Shown here: piece after piece, positions 19,445-30,500 of the stretch
How the letters are laid out: each line of letters opens with the position of its first letter
How positions within the stretch are numbered: position 1 is the first letter of the stretch
NCBI GenBank assembly: GCA_963705725.1
Contig: CAVPKM010000007.1
Span: forward strand, 64,001 to 128,000
Reading direction: 5' to 3'
Source of the DNA: an uncultured Gammaproteobacteria bacterium
GTDB lineage: Bacteria > Pseudomonadota > Gammaproteobacteria > UBA6002
DNA length: 64,000 nucleotides
Made by a program: the position numbers and the translations under genes
Notes under the pieces: model-generated
The model's database searches: none
What the model was told of the DNA's origin: nothing
Seen by the model: the letters and a program-made list of their open reading frames with translations, nothing else

Positions 19445-19925
19445 AAAATAATCTCCTCTTAATTTTTCAGATTGCTTTTTTTAAAAAATCTGCCACTATA
19501 AACACACGGACGGGGAAACCCCCGCCCGTGCGGAACCACGAAGGTGTTAGAGCACCCAAGGGTTCTAGCCACAAACTAACCTAACAACACGAGGTTAACT
19601 CATGACTAGCATTAGGATATCACCTACTTGCGCCAACACGCAAAGTCCTTTTTCTTATTCCTCCCATTTTTTGCCCAATACAAAAGCCAATTGCACCCGT
19701 AAACCCTCGGTTAGCCGTGAGCAGTTGTGGCCGGAAGCAATTTGCTTGGTTCGGCAAGCGGGAGGGAGATTCCCGAGAATTAGGACAATATTCTAAGCAG
19801 AGGGGGTTGATGGCGGGCTGAATTGTCACCCGCCTTCAATTTTGAACACAACAACTTGTGCTCAACCTCTCTGCTGTGTCCCAACCCTTTAGATAGGTTG
19901 TGCACTGCGTATAAGGAAAATCTTT
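19445..19925 (+). ncRNA. Structured ~500-nt leader element, copy 2, upstream of the CDPS operon
   Basis: Same architecture as copy 1; embedded 64-codon ORF 19602-19796; ends in an AAGGA RBS for ORF 19926. Confidence 0.6.
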
Positions 19926-20357
19926 ATGCAGTCACCTGCCATTCAATTTGATGCTGCCCCTTGGCCGCTTAAGCCTAATGAAATTATGCAGCTCTCATCA
20001 TTCATTGCCATTGTGCTGCGCCATTTTCGCCAATGTGCTTCTTCCTGTGAAGCGAGCTATTTATCTCAGTTACAAGTCATTTCAGACTGTCATTACTTAG
20101 TTCATTTAGCACAGCAGGAAGATAGCCTCTTTTCCAGGCCTCTCTCGCTTGAGCAGATTTCAAGCGTTGCGCTTAATCTGGCAGAAGCCATCAATACCCT
20201 TAGCGATAAAATCCGGTTAATGGATTCTCCCTGGTTTTATGCGGATTTTTACTCAAGCGTCAATTATCTCTTAAGCGATAAGTTTGGTTACTTAAGTCAA
20301 GACTTCACGCTCATCAAGCAACTGCGAAAAAAAATTAATCGGGTTAAAGGAGAATAG
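19926..20357 (+). CDS. Hypothetical helical protein, first gene of the CDPS operon
   Basis: AAGGA RBS; stop 2 nt before the CDPS start; no family recognised. Confidence 0.7.
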   Translation: MQSPAIQFDAAPWPLKPNEIMQLSSFIAIVLRHFRQCASSCEASYLSQLQVISDCHYLVHLAQQEDSLFSRPLSLEQISSVALNLAEAINTLSDKIRLMDSPWFYADFYSSVNYLLSDKFGYLSQDFTLIKQLRKKINRVKGE

Positions 20358-20359
20358 GC

Positions 20360-21079
20360 ATGGAAACAACCCATACAGAGATCTGTCGTCCCCTTAAAGC
20401 AAGCTTTGCAGGAGCCAAAGCTTTTCGCCACCATTTCAGCCGGGCAACTGCCCAGCTCACCATCAGCATTGGCCAAGCGGTGCACGAAGGAGAGCGCTTA
20501 GCCGCTACCTTAGCGCTCATCAATCGCTCCTTTGCCAGTTGTAAGGTGATGATCGATGATAGTATTCAATGGTATACCTTAGCGATTAACGCGCCGGAAC
20601 AATCCTCCTCCCTCTTACTCCAAAACGCAATTGCAGCAGGGGATCACTACCTGAATACCACCTCAGCACTCTTTCAGTCATCACTCACCATTCCTTATGA
20701 AATTGTCCGCTGGAAAGATTGGCACGGCCTGCCCAGTTGGCAAACGGCGGTGGCCTTGATGCATCAAGACTATGAGGAAAATACGCTCCTTCGCAGCGAA
20801 ATTCAAAAAAACATCACGACCTTTCTAGATCGCTATGAGAAGCGGGGAACGGATAAGACCTATGATCGATCTCGCGCCTGGCGACTCTGCCTTCATTACT
20901 TATTAGAAGAATGTGCGGTGATGCGTACCTTTTGGGTGGAACTGGGTTGTCATTATGAGGTGTATCCGAGTGGTCGCAATGAAGCGATGCGCGCCACCTA
21001 TGAGCATTATATTCAGCCTTATCATCCGCATTTATTAACATCGATTGCGCTGCGTTTTCATCGACTCGGCAGGGAATAA
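20360..21079 (+). CDS. tRNA-dependent cyclodipeptide synthase (CDPS), XYP subfamily
   Basis: ISIGQAVHEGE (catalytic Ser), DDSIQ, RWKDW, YLLEECA (Tyr/Glu), EVYP (XYP signature); 239 aa is typical CDPS size. Confidence 0.82.
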   Translation: METTHTEICRPLKASFAGAKAFRHHFSRATAQLTISIGQAVHEGERLAATLALINRSFASCKVMIDDSIQWYTLAINAPEQSSSLLLQNAIAAGDHYLNTTSALFQSSLTIPYEIVRWKDWHGLPSWQTAVALMHQDYEENTLLRSEIQKNITTFLDRYEKRGTDKTYDRSRAWRLCLHYLLEECAVMRTFWVELGCHYEVYPSGRNEAMRATYEHYIQPYHPHLLTSIALRFHRLGRE

Positions 21080-21084
21080 AAGGA

Positions 21085-22722
21085 GTGGCGATGAACCCCA
21101 CGAAAAGAGTAGCAGCAGGCAAGCAAGCGGTGAATTGTCAACTGGTGCTAGAAAGTTTACTGCGACATTTACCCGGTCATGTCTATTGGAAAAATACAGA
21201 TGGGATTTATCTTGGTTGTAATGATCGTCAAGCACAAAGTTTAGGTCTGACTTTAGGCCGTGAAGTAATCGGTAAAACCGATTTTGAGCTCCCTTGGCAG
21301 GCAGAATTAGCAGCGCATTTTTGGGAAAATGATCGCCAAGTGTTAGTGAGCGGCTTATCAAAAACGGTAGAAGAAATGGCGGTGATAGATGGGAAGGCAG
21401 CCATGGTGTGGAGCATCAAGGTTCCCTTAAAAACCGATCAAGGTCAAATGGTCGGGGTGCTGGGGATTTCCATTGATATCACGGCGCAAAAAAAGGCAGA
21501 AGCCAAATTAATCCAAGCTAAGGAGAATGTGGAAGCGGCCTATTTGACTAAAACCCGATTTTTAGAAAACCTGCGTCATGATATTCGCACCCCGATCAGC
21601 GGGATGCGTGGCTGCATCCAGTTGTTGCAAGACTGCTTAGAGGAAAAAAATCCAGAAATAAAGCAAGCCAAAGAGTATTTGCAGGATGTAGATAGTTCGA
21701 GTAGCGAGCTCTTAAGCTTATTAAATAAGGTGACGATGAGCACTCAAGCCATGGATGGGGTGTCTGCGCTTAAAAAGCAGCGCGTTAATCTAAAGTGTCA
21801 ACTGCTTTCTCTATTAAAGCTCAATCAAGCACGAGCAAAAGAAAAAGGACTGAAGTTAGCGCTGAAATATGATGAATCGATTCCCTTATTAATTGGGGAT
21901 GGCGAGCGTATTGAGCAAATTCTGGTAGAGTTAATGAGCAATGCCTTAAATTTTACGGATAAGGGCGGCATTACCCTCACCGCTCAGCTTGCAAAGCAAG
22001 CAGGAGAGCGGGTCATTATTAAAATGATGGTTCAAGATACCGGAATTGGCATGACCCTTGAAAAGCAGCAAGCCCTATTTACGCGCTTACCACATTTATC
22101 TGCTGCTTATTCAGGCTTATCACGTGGGATGGGCCTAGGATTAGCCTTAATCAAACAAATCATCGATGAACTGGAGGGAGAGATTTATGTCGACAGTTGT
22201 CCAAAAAAAGGCACGACTTATACCTGTATCTTGCCGCTACAAGTTGCATTATTAAATGAGCAGGAACTGCAGCTGAATAAAAAAGCAGGCAATACGATTT
22301 CGCTCACTATGGCTGCAAAAGCACAGCCATTTTCTTCCCCAAAGGCGAGTGCAATTCGGGTATTGTTAGTGGAAGATGACCTGATCGCCCGGAAAGTGAG
22401 CGCGGTCTTGCTCACCAAGCTTGGATGTCAGGTCAGCCTAGCTGAAACGGTGGCTTCTGCTCTTGAAAAAATTAAATCGGAAAGTTATGAATTAGTTTTT
22501 ATGGACATTGGGTTACCAGATGGCAGTGGGATAGAGGTAGCAAAAGTAGCGAGGCGAAATAAGGCCAGTCAAAATCAAGCCACACCCATTATTGCGGTGT
22601 CGGCCCATGTTGATGAGGCAGGCAAAGCCGCTTGTCATCTTGCGGGGATGGATATCGTGCTTGCTAAGCCCTTATCGGAGGAAAAGGTGCGAGCTATATT
22701 GGCGCTTTTTGTTCGGAAATGA
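21085..22722 (+). CDS. Cytoplasmic hybrid sensor kinase PAS-HisKA-HATPase-REC
   Basis: PAS LPGHVYWKNTDGIYLGCN...GKTDF; H-box RHDIRTP; NALNFT, DTGIG, GLGL; receiver VEDD/MDIGLPDG/AKP; no TM segment. Confidence 0.93.
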   Translation: MAMNPTKRVAAGKQAVNCQLVLESLLRHLPGHVYWKNTDGIYLGCNDRQAQSLGLTLGREVIGKTDFELPWQAELAAHFWENDRQVLVSGLSKTVEEMAVIDGKAAMVWSIKVPLKTDQGQMVGVLGISIDITAQKKAEAKLIQAKENVEAAYLTKTRFLENLRHDIRTPISGMRGCIQLLQDCLEEKNPEIKQAKEYLQDVDSSSSELLSLLNKVTMSTQAMDGVSALKKQRVNLKCQLLSLLKLNQARAKEKGLKLALKYDESIPLLIGDGERIEQILVELMSNALNFTDKGGITLTAQLAKQAGERVIIKMMVQDTGIGMTLEKQQALFTRLPHLSAAYSGLSRGMGLGLALIKQIIDELEGEIYVDSCPKKGTTYTCILPLQVALLNEQELQLNKKAGNTISLTMAAKAQPFSSPKASAIRVLLVEDDLIARKVSAVLLTKLGCQVSLAETVASALEKIKSESYELVFMDIGLPDGSGIEVAKVARRNKASQNQATPIIAVSAHVDEAGKAACHLAGMDIVLAKPLSEEKVRAILALFVRK

Positions 22723-22933
22723 ATAAAGCAGAATATTGAATATCAGAAATGGCTTACAAATTTATTCGAACATTTTCTACATACAGCAGGATAAATTTTT
22801 TATTATGGTGGCAGAATAAGAGGTCAAACATGAATATTTTTAAAGGATTGATCTGACTGCTTAATGGACCCTATTCTCCTTGCCTCCTGAGTTTTATCTC
22901 GCAATTAACACATAAATCACATTAAGGTCTGAC

Positions 22934-25900
22934 ATGCAATACAAGCAGCAAGCGTATCCCTTTAGTTTAATTTCAAGTAAGGGATTAGGAAAAACCTACT
23001 CGTCCTTCGATAAAATTGGACCGCTTCTGCCGATGAAAGGATTTGGCGCGGCAGGATTAACATTTTATCCGAATGTGGCAATAGGGAACTTATTTTTTCA
23101 AGACCATATGCTAAAAATTGAAGAGCAGGGCGGGATCCTTGAGCTTGGGTTTATTTACAATAGTCAAGCAGCAAGCGTGGATCCGGTTTGGCAGTTTGCG
23201 CATCCTAAATTTTATTTGTTATCGCGTTATTCTCAGCAAGTAGTGCTTTCTGAAGCAGATGGCTATCGTACAATCTATACGTTAGATCTCAAAAGCGGTT
23301 TTTTTTATAGTGAGACAGGCTCAAGAAAGGGAATCGCTTGGCTTTATTATCAGGAAGCCAATCAGCAATGGGTGCATTATCGACCTTTTGATCAAGTGAC
23401 GGAATATTTTAATGCGGAAGGATTGCTAGTAAAGCGTGAAACGAAAGCCGGTAACATCACAATCTATTATTATGATGCGTATTTACGCTTAAAAGAAATC
23501 ATTGGTGCAAGTGGTAACCGGTATAAATTTCACTATCAAGAAAATACACTTTCTCTTTATTTAGTGACGCTTGATTCCTCCGAGCAATTGTTGCAATCCT
23601 ATTTGTTTGATCTTGAGGGAAGACTTACCTTAAGCCAAACGCCGGATGGGTATCAAACCCAGTATTTTTACAGTGAAGTGTCTGCTCGGCAATTATTGGC
23701 GGTGAAACAATCTGACCAAACGATGTTAGGTTTTGGTTATGATCATTCCAATCGATTAGTGGAATGTTGTTTAGGCGATGCCTCCACGTTTACTTTGCAG
23801 TATCCAAATGAAACACAGCCGGATTTTTTGTTCAGCGATCCTGTTGGTGGCACGACCTCACTCAAGCTAAATGACCAGGTAGCTATCATTGAAATTGCGC
23901 GATCTCAAGGTATCGGTGCTGATTTTAAGGAAAAATTGATTACCGCCTATCATTACAATGCGCTGACACAACTGACGCTTATCCTTCATCCTAACCAGGG
24001 CCAGGAAGGCTTAAGTTATACCGATCGCTTTGGGTTGGTGCGCCTGAACGAAGGGCCAAATGGGCAAATGGTCGAGCAGGTCTATGAAGAAGAAGCGATG
24101 GCTGTTCGTTTGGTTGCTGACATTCAGTATGAAACGGTTCATGGCAGAAAAAATACGCTTTTAGCGACTTATTATGTTTATGACACCGATTTTAATCATC
24201 AATATACTTTTTTACGATTTAAGATTAACCCCTTAGGCAACGTGACGGAATATCGTCCGGATCGATGTGGCAATATTGCATCTGAACGAACCTATTTGGG
24301 CGGGATTTTTGATCGAAATCAGCGAGATCCCCGCCAGGCGCCGACTTTATCAGAGATAAAAGCTTGGGTGAGCCTGCAAGATGCCGCTAAGGTGAATTTA
24401 GTTGCCTATGAATATAATCTGAGAGGGCAATGGCAACATTACTGTCAATACGCTGAGGTCGATCAAGCAGGAAAGGGGAAACTCGATGAAGCCATGGGTC
24501 AGATTTATACCTTTCGAACGCTGTATGGGGAACCTTTTTTTAAGCAGGTGAAACAAAATAATATTCAGGCAGCAGTGACCCGGCAGCGCTTTGATGCGCT
24601 AGAGCGCCTGCTGAGTAGGACCGATGCCCTTAATCAAACCACGACGGATGACTATTTTGATGCTAAAGGCCAGGTAAAAATCATTTATCCGAATGGGAAA
24701 ATTGAGATTCGGCAACAAGATGCGAGAGGAAATGGCGTTTCCCTGCAAGAGATCGTAGCGGAACAAGAGAGACTCACGCAGTATCGGCGAGATGCAAACG
24801 GGCGGGTGGTATTAACGACCAGGCCCGATGGGGAGTTTCTTTATACTTTTTTTGATCATCAAGATCGCCTCAAGTTTTGTGTCACAGCGCTTGGAATCGT
24901 CACCCAGCAGGTTTATGCGGTTAAAAACCGTTTTGTTTCGACCACCGTTTATGCCAAGTGCATTGATACTCGGCAATTATGGCCGAGTGATCCGCCACCA
25001 CCTGGCTCCCTGCCGCAAGTTGATCGCTTGATCGCCTTATTGCCGGGTATTGCGGATGAGAGTATTGATCAAACACATTATACCTTTTTTGATTTTTCTG
25101 ATCGCCCGATTTATGAGGTGGATGAGGAAGGGTATGTCACGCAATTTCAGTACAATGCGCGCAATCAAAAGCGGGTTGAGATTGCGTATGCCAACCCTTT
25201 AGAGGATGAGCAGTTAGCGGAGTTAAAAGCAGGAAAGACACTTGCTCTTCCCATTGATTTCAATCAAGACCGAGTAAAACGGGATTTCTATGATAATAGT
25301 GGCGCGCTAATTGGTGAGCAGAATAGCGCAGGTTATGTGACTGAGTATGTGTTAGATGGGGCAGGAAATACGAAAGAATGCATTCGATATCACACCCCGA
25401 TGCCGCTTGATTTAGCACTACGCGATTTTGATCAAGTGCGGCCAAATGCTGCTTTACTCGATGCGCATACCTATTATTTTCGCAATAGCAAAGGAGCGCT
25501 GGTCGGACAATTCGATCCCGCAGATAGATGGGGAGAATATTATTATACGGCGCATCACGCTTACCCCAATGGCTTAATCCAAAAAAGTATTCGATATAGC
25601 ACTAAGGTGAGTTTTCCTCTGCTTCTGCCCCCTCCAGCCAATCCCGAAGCCGATGAAATCACTCTCTATCGCTATGATCTATTAGGTAGGCTTTTAGAGA
25701 CCGTTTTTCCGAATCAGAAAAAAGACCGTCTTCAATATAATGTGTCGGGTAACGTGATTTCAGCTAAATCTCAGGATTTACACTTTCCTGACTTGATGGA
25801 TCCTGATCATCAGCGAGCCAGGCATGCGCATTACGATGCTTGGGGCCAAAAAGTTAAGGAAACGAATGAGTTTGATGGGGAAATCTTCCATCATTATGAC

Positions 25901-27538
25901 CCGATAACCGGGCTGAAAACCCATACCACGGATGCCCTAAATCGGACCACGTATTATTTTTATGATCTTGATCAACGGTGGGTGGCCTCAGTCAATCCGG
26001 TAGGGGCAGTAGTGAAATACGAGCGGGATGCGTTTGGGGAGCGAATTAAAACGATTCGTTATGCCACGCCTGCTAAGGGAATCCCTACAGGGGGTTACCT
26101 CACGCCAGAGATTGAGAAACACTTTATTGCGGATCCTGAAAAAGACCAAGTGGTGTTATTCAAACGCAATCGTTTGAGCCAAGTTGTAGAGCAAATCGAT
26201 GCGAAAGGCAACATGAGCACGTTTAAGCATAATGGCTTTAAGCAAGTAGTGGAAAAAAATTTACCGGTAGCAGGTCCCCATCCGACGTTGAGGTTATCCC
26301 ACGAATTTGAAGTGCGTGGATTAGCGATTAACACGCGGATTGAAGCACTGGATACCCCGGTTGAGCACATTGAGCGGGCTTATGCGAATTTTTATGGCAA
26401 AGAGACTTATAAAAAAGATGCGCGTGGCGGGGTTTATCGTACGTTTTATGGTTGTCGCGGTTTAGTGAGTCAAAAAATTCAAGAAAGCGGCGCTGGCGAG
26501 GCGAGTCATTTTTTCACTTATAATGCGTTTGAAGCGTTGGCTACTGAAACCGATGCGTTGAATCAGACTACCACCTATCACTACAATCATCTGGCCCGTC
26601 AACATACTCTGCATTTCCCGGTTCATGGTGTCACGCAAACCCTTATCCACAATATTTTTGATGAAAAAATTCAGGAAACGGACAGTTTGGGCAATCGCCA
26701 ACGCTTCGAGCATGCAGCAAATGGTCAAGTGCAGATTGATGAAGATCCACTGGGACACATCACGCGTAGCGAGTTTGACCTGATGGGGCAGCTCGAGAGC
26801 AAGATTGATGCTAAGGGAGTGGAAACAAGGTTTAAATACAATGAAGCGGGGGATCTATTATTCCAAATTGAAGATGCGGCGGGCTTAGGGCTTCAAACCC
26901 ACTATCAACGCGATGTGTTTGGCAATGCGCTGCAAATCACGAATCCCCGTCAAGTCGTCACGCAAAATACCTATGACCAAACAAACTGCTTAACTTCAAG
27001 CGTGCTGGATGCGATTGATTCCGGTTTAAATTTAACGATTCATCCCACTTACAATGCAATGGGAAAGGAAGAGGGCAAGCAGCAAGGCGATAAGGTTAAC
27101 CCTTTGCAGTATGAAGAAAAATATCCTCTCGATGGCCGTGGTCGACAGATCGGTAAAACCCTCGATCCAACTGGCTTAGCGCTCGCTGCTCACCAGCACT
27201 TGAATGCAGCAGGAGACGTTATTGCTGAAGTGGATTTCAATGGCAATGTGACGCGCAAATTTTATGATGATTTCGGGCAGCTTCGTTTTGTGGTGGACCC
27301 AGAAGGTGGGGTGACTGAGACAAATTATGATCTTGTGAATCGAATCCATTATACGCGTCTTTATGAAAAAAGCATTAATCCGGATCAACTGACCGATCAA
27401 ACCGATCTTCACACCTTGTTAGGGTTAGTCGAGGTAGATTCGCAAGATAGCATCCTGTTTTATTTTTATGATGCAGATGGGTTAGCGCGGTTTGAAGTCA
27501 ACGGGTTAGGAGTAGTGGCGGAAGGTGCTACGACCTAG
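22934..27538 (+). CDS. RHS/YD-repeat toxin, N-terminal part (frameshifted from the next ORF)
   Basis: NVAIGNL...YNSQ RHS-type N-terminus and dozens of YD repeats; the frame continues as RCYDLARRRIKTIHYATP after a 1-nt slip at ~27523. Confidence 0.9.
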   Translation: MQYKQQAYPFSLISSKGLGKTYSSFDKIGPLLPMKGFGAAGLTFYPNVAIGNLFFQDHMLKIEEQGGILELGFIYNSQAASVDPVWQFAHPKFYLLSRYSQQVVLSEADGYRTIYTLDLKSGFFYSETGSRKGIAWLYYQEANQQWVHYRPFDQVTEYFNAEGLLVKRETKAGNITIYYYDAYLRLKEIIGASGNRYKFHYQENTLSLYLVTLDSSEQLLQSYLFDLEGRLTLSQTPDGYQTQYFYSEVSARQLLAVKQSDQTMLGFGYDHSNRLVECCLGDASTFTLQYPNETQPDFLFSDPVGGTTSLKLNDQVAIIEIARSQGIGADFKEKLITAYHYNALTQLTLILHPNQGQEGLSYTDRFGLVRLNEGPNGQMVEQVYEEEAMAVRLVADIQYETVHGRKNTLLATYYVYDTDFNHQYTFLRFKINPLGNVTEYRPDRCGNIASERTYLGGIFDRNQRDPRQAPTLSEIKAWVSLQDAAKVNLVAYEYNLRGQWQHYCQYAEVDQAGKGKLDEAMGQIYTFRTLYGEPFFKQVKQNNIQAAVTRQRFDALERLLSRTDALNQTTTDDYFDAKGQVKIIYPNGKIEIRQQDARGNGVSLQEIVAEQERLTQYRRDANGRVVLTTRPDGEFLYTFFDHQDRLKFCVTALGIVTQQVYAVKNRFVSTTVYAKCIDTRQLWPSDPPPPGSLPQVDRLIALLPGIADESIDQTHYTFFDFSDRPIYEVDEEGYVTQFQYNARNQKRVEIAYANPLEDEQLAELKAGKTLALPIDFNQDRVKRDFYDNSGALIGEQNSAGYVTEYVLDGAGNTKECIRYHTPMPLDLALRDFDQVRPNAALLDAHTYYFRNSKGALVGQFDPADRWGEYYYTAHHAYPNGLIQKSIRYSTKVSFPLLLPPPANPEADEITLYRYDLLGRLLETVFPNQKKDRLQYNVSGNVISAKSQDLHFPDLMDPDHQRARHAHYDAWGQKVKETNEFDGEIFHHYDPITGLKTHTTDALNRTTYYFYDLDQRWVASVNPVGAVVKYERDAFGERIKTIRYATPAKGIPTGGYLTPEIEKHFIADPEKDQVVLFKRNRLSQVVEQIDAKGNMSTFKHNGFKQVVEKNLPVAGPHPTLRLSHEFEVRGLAINTRIEALDTPVEHIERAYANFYGKETYKKDARGGVYRTFYGCRGLVSQKIQESGAGEASHFFTYNAFEALATETDALNQTTTYHYNHLARQHTLHFPVHGVTQTLIHNIFDEKIQETDSLGNRQRFEHAANGQVQIDEDPLGHITRSEFDLMGQLESKIDAKGVETRFKYNEAGDLLFQIEDAAGLGLQTHYQRDVFGNALQITNPRQVVTQNTYDQTNCLTSSVLDAIDSGLNLTIHPTYNAMGKEEGKQQGDKVNPLQYEEKYPLDGRGRQIGKTLDPTGLALAAHQHLNAAGDVIAEVDFNGNVTRKFYDDFGQLRFVVDPEGGVTETNYDLVNRIHYTRLYEKSINPDQLTDQTDLHTLLGLVEVDSQDSILFYFYDADGLARFEVNGLGVVAEGATT

Positions 27539-27591
27539 CGCGCCGTAGAATCAAGACAATCCATTATGCCACGCCGATTAACCCCGCGCTG

Positions 27592-30500
27592 TTGCCGGTC
27601 CTAACCACGGCCGCACTGAGCAGGCTGGTCAAACTGGAAGAAAAAAATCCCAAAAACCGCATCTCATATTTTATTTTAGATGCAAAAGGCCAGCAGCGAT
27701 TTTGCATTGATGCTGAACATTATCTCTCTGAACAGCGCTATGATGCCAATGGAAATGGGATTGCCAACATTGCCTATGCGCATCGCCTTGCTGATCCAGA
27801 GAAAATTGCTCGACTCGCGCCACTTGAGGTATTAAAAAATATCACGCTCGATCCTTTACTCGATCGCACCAGCTATCAGGTTTTTGATCACGTAAACCGA
27901 CCGGCATTTCGTGTGGATGGGGAAGGGGCGGTCACACAATATTTTCATGATGAAAATGGAAATCTTATTCAAACGTGTCAATATGCAACCAAAATTGCGG
28001 TGCCAAGTGAGTACCAAGACTTAGTGATTCGATTAAGGCAATTGACACCGAGTCCCCAGATTGATCGCATTAATGAATACAGATTTGACCACGCCGATCG
28101 TCAAATTGGCGAAAAAGATCCCTTGGGTTATGTGGATGAATTTAGAAAAGATGCGGTAGGAAACACGATTTTGCATCGTGATCGTGCAGGCAATGATTGG
28201 GGATATCAGCATGATGGGGCCAATCGCTTAACCCTTGAAACGCTGCCAAAGGTGGGTGTGACCGCTATGACAAAAAAGATCGCGCATAACCAGGTGACAT
28301 TGTCTGACCAAACCCGCGACATGGCCATTGAAAATAAAAAAATTTTAGATGCCAATGGCAATGAAACACAAATCATCCGAGCGGCGAATACGGATGCCCC
28401 AAGAATTCTCCACTGTACTTACAATAAGCGCCGTCAACTTGTTGGAACGCGCATGAATCAAGTGCTGATTGATGATGAAACGAAAGCCCCAAGCTTTGAT
28501 TTCCCGCCGGTTAAAGTCGTCGATCTCACTACCCAGATTGTTTATAACGCAAAAAAATTAAAAGTTTGTCAGCAGGATGAATCCGGCAATTGGTCTTTTT
28601 TTGTTTATGATTGTGAAGGCAATTTATGTGATGAGGTCGATCCCCTTGGCGCGGTCAAGCAGTATGAATACAGTGCCTTTGGAGAGGTGATCCACGAAAG
28701 GGCCTTTGCCACTCCCATTCAGTTAGATTTAGCGCTTTTTACGCAAACCGGTATTCCGCTTTCAGTGATTCAAGCACCCGGCGTGATCGAACCCAGCCTT
28801 GATGATCGTCTAAAAACCTATGTGCGGGATAATCGTGGTGATATTATCTTAATTGAACAAGGTCCCACCTTCTATTATTTGCCAAACGGCAGCGATCAGC
28901 CGAGCTATCAATTGGGATATTCTCAAGTGAAGTCGCATTATAATGCCTTTCGAGAATGCGTGCACCAAGGTGTGTTAATCGATCCGAAAGCCGATACTTG
29001 GACACAACGGCTTGAGTGGTTTGATCGAAATGGTAAGCAGGTAGCCAAATGTGATCCCGAGTTTAGGGTGGTCCGCATCCGCTTTGATGCATTTAGCAAT
29101 GCTATTCAAAAAATGGAATGGGCAAATCCACCAAAAATGCTGCCAACTAGGCTCACCCCTTTACTCGAACTAGACCACAGTCATGTTCCTTCTCTAGCGG
29201 ATCGCCATTTTATTTTTGATTATGACTTGGCGGGGCAGTGTATTCAAAAAACCACCAAACAAGTGATCGTGCAGCAGATTCGTTTTGGGGTCAATAATAT
29301 TCCCGCTATGGAAAACAAACCCGCTCAAGATTTGATCCAACAATACCAATATAATCCCTTAAGAAAACAAATTCGCCTCACCTATGAAGACGGCTCAACA
29401 GCTTTCACCTATTACAATGCGTTAAGCTTAGTCATCGCGAGAACGGGTTGCCCGCGCGAAACCCTGTTTGCTACGACACTGATTCCGTTAAGTTATTTTG
29501 GCTATGATGCGTTTTTGCAGCAAGTGATGACGACGCGCTTTAAAAAAGGGACAGCGGCAGCCAACTTGGATTCGTTGCCTGTGCCAATTAAGCGAGATAA
29601 CGGCGATCAAACGGAGTTAACCTACCTGGATTCTCGCGGTCGTGTAATTTATGCACAAGATGCAGCCGGTGAGGTTGAGGGCTTTACCTATAATGCGATG
29701 GCGAAGGTTGCCCTGCAGTGCTGGCGCTTGACGAACACGGTCAATGGAGTGGTGGTGCACTTGGATGCCAAACGCTTTCATTATGATGCGATAAATCACG
29801 TGATCCGTCTTTTTTTGCTTCGTGATAATCAAGCAATACAAATGACCGCTTACCAATGGAATCTTTTTGGCAACTGCATAGCAGAAGGACCGGGTAACCC
29901 TAGCTGCCCCCTCATTCGCCGCTTTGATGGTCTGAATCACCCTTGGTTTGATAATGAAGGCGGCCTCGACAAAATCACGCTCAGAAATTTATCAGGGGAA
30001 GTGACCGTGCGGTTAACCTCACCGACCAAAGATTTAAGACAGGTGACTTATGATGCGTTGCCCACTGTCCTCACTTGGACCCACTTAGACTTACTGCGAG
30101 AAGAAACCGTTCGCGATCGATTGGGACGCAAGATTTTGAGCACGAAGCCAGCTTATAGCCGGCCCGATACCCGCCATCCCATTGATATTCCCTTAAGTCT
30201 TGCTGTGGGCAAACAGTATCCAGCATTCGGCGAGGTGAGCTTAAGTTGGATTGTCCCACAAGAAAAGACGGTGGTGCTAGAGTGTTTCCTCTGGCCTTTT
30301 GGCCATCCTGAACAAAAGCAAGCCTTGCCTATTCAGACAATAAATGGGCGTTGTGGCTTGGGGGTTTCACACTTATTGGATCGTTATCGGTATCAAATTA
30401 ATTATTATTTTATCAATCCCCTCACCAAACAGCTTGAGGCAACCCCGATGTTTCAAACAGAAGGGGAAGTGCAGATTGTGGGGAATTCGCTCAATCCATG

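Noticed and set aside
27515-27540. Programmed ribosomal frameshift in the RHS gene
   Set aside because: No slippery heptamer or long homopolymer at the site; a point deletion or sequencing error is simpler.
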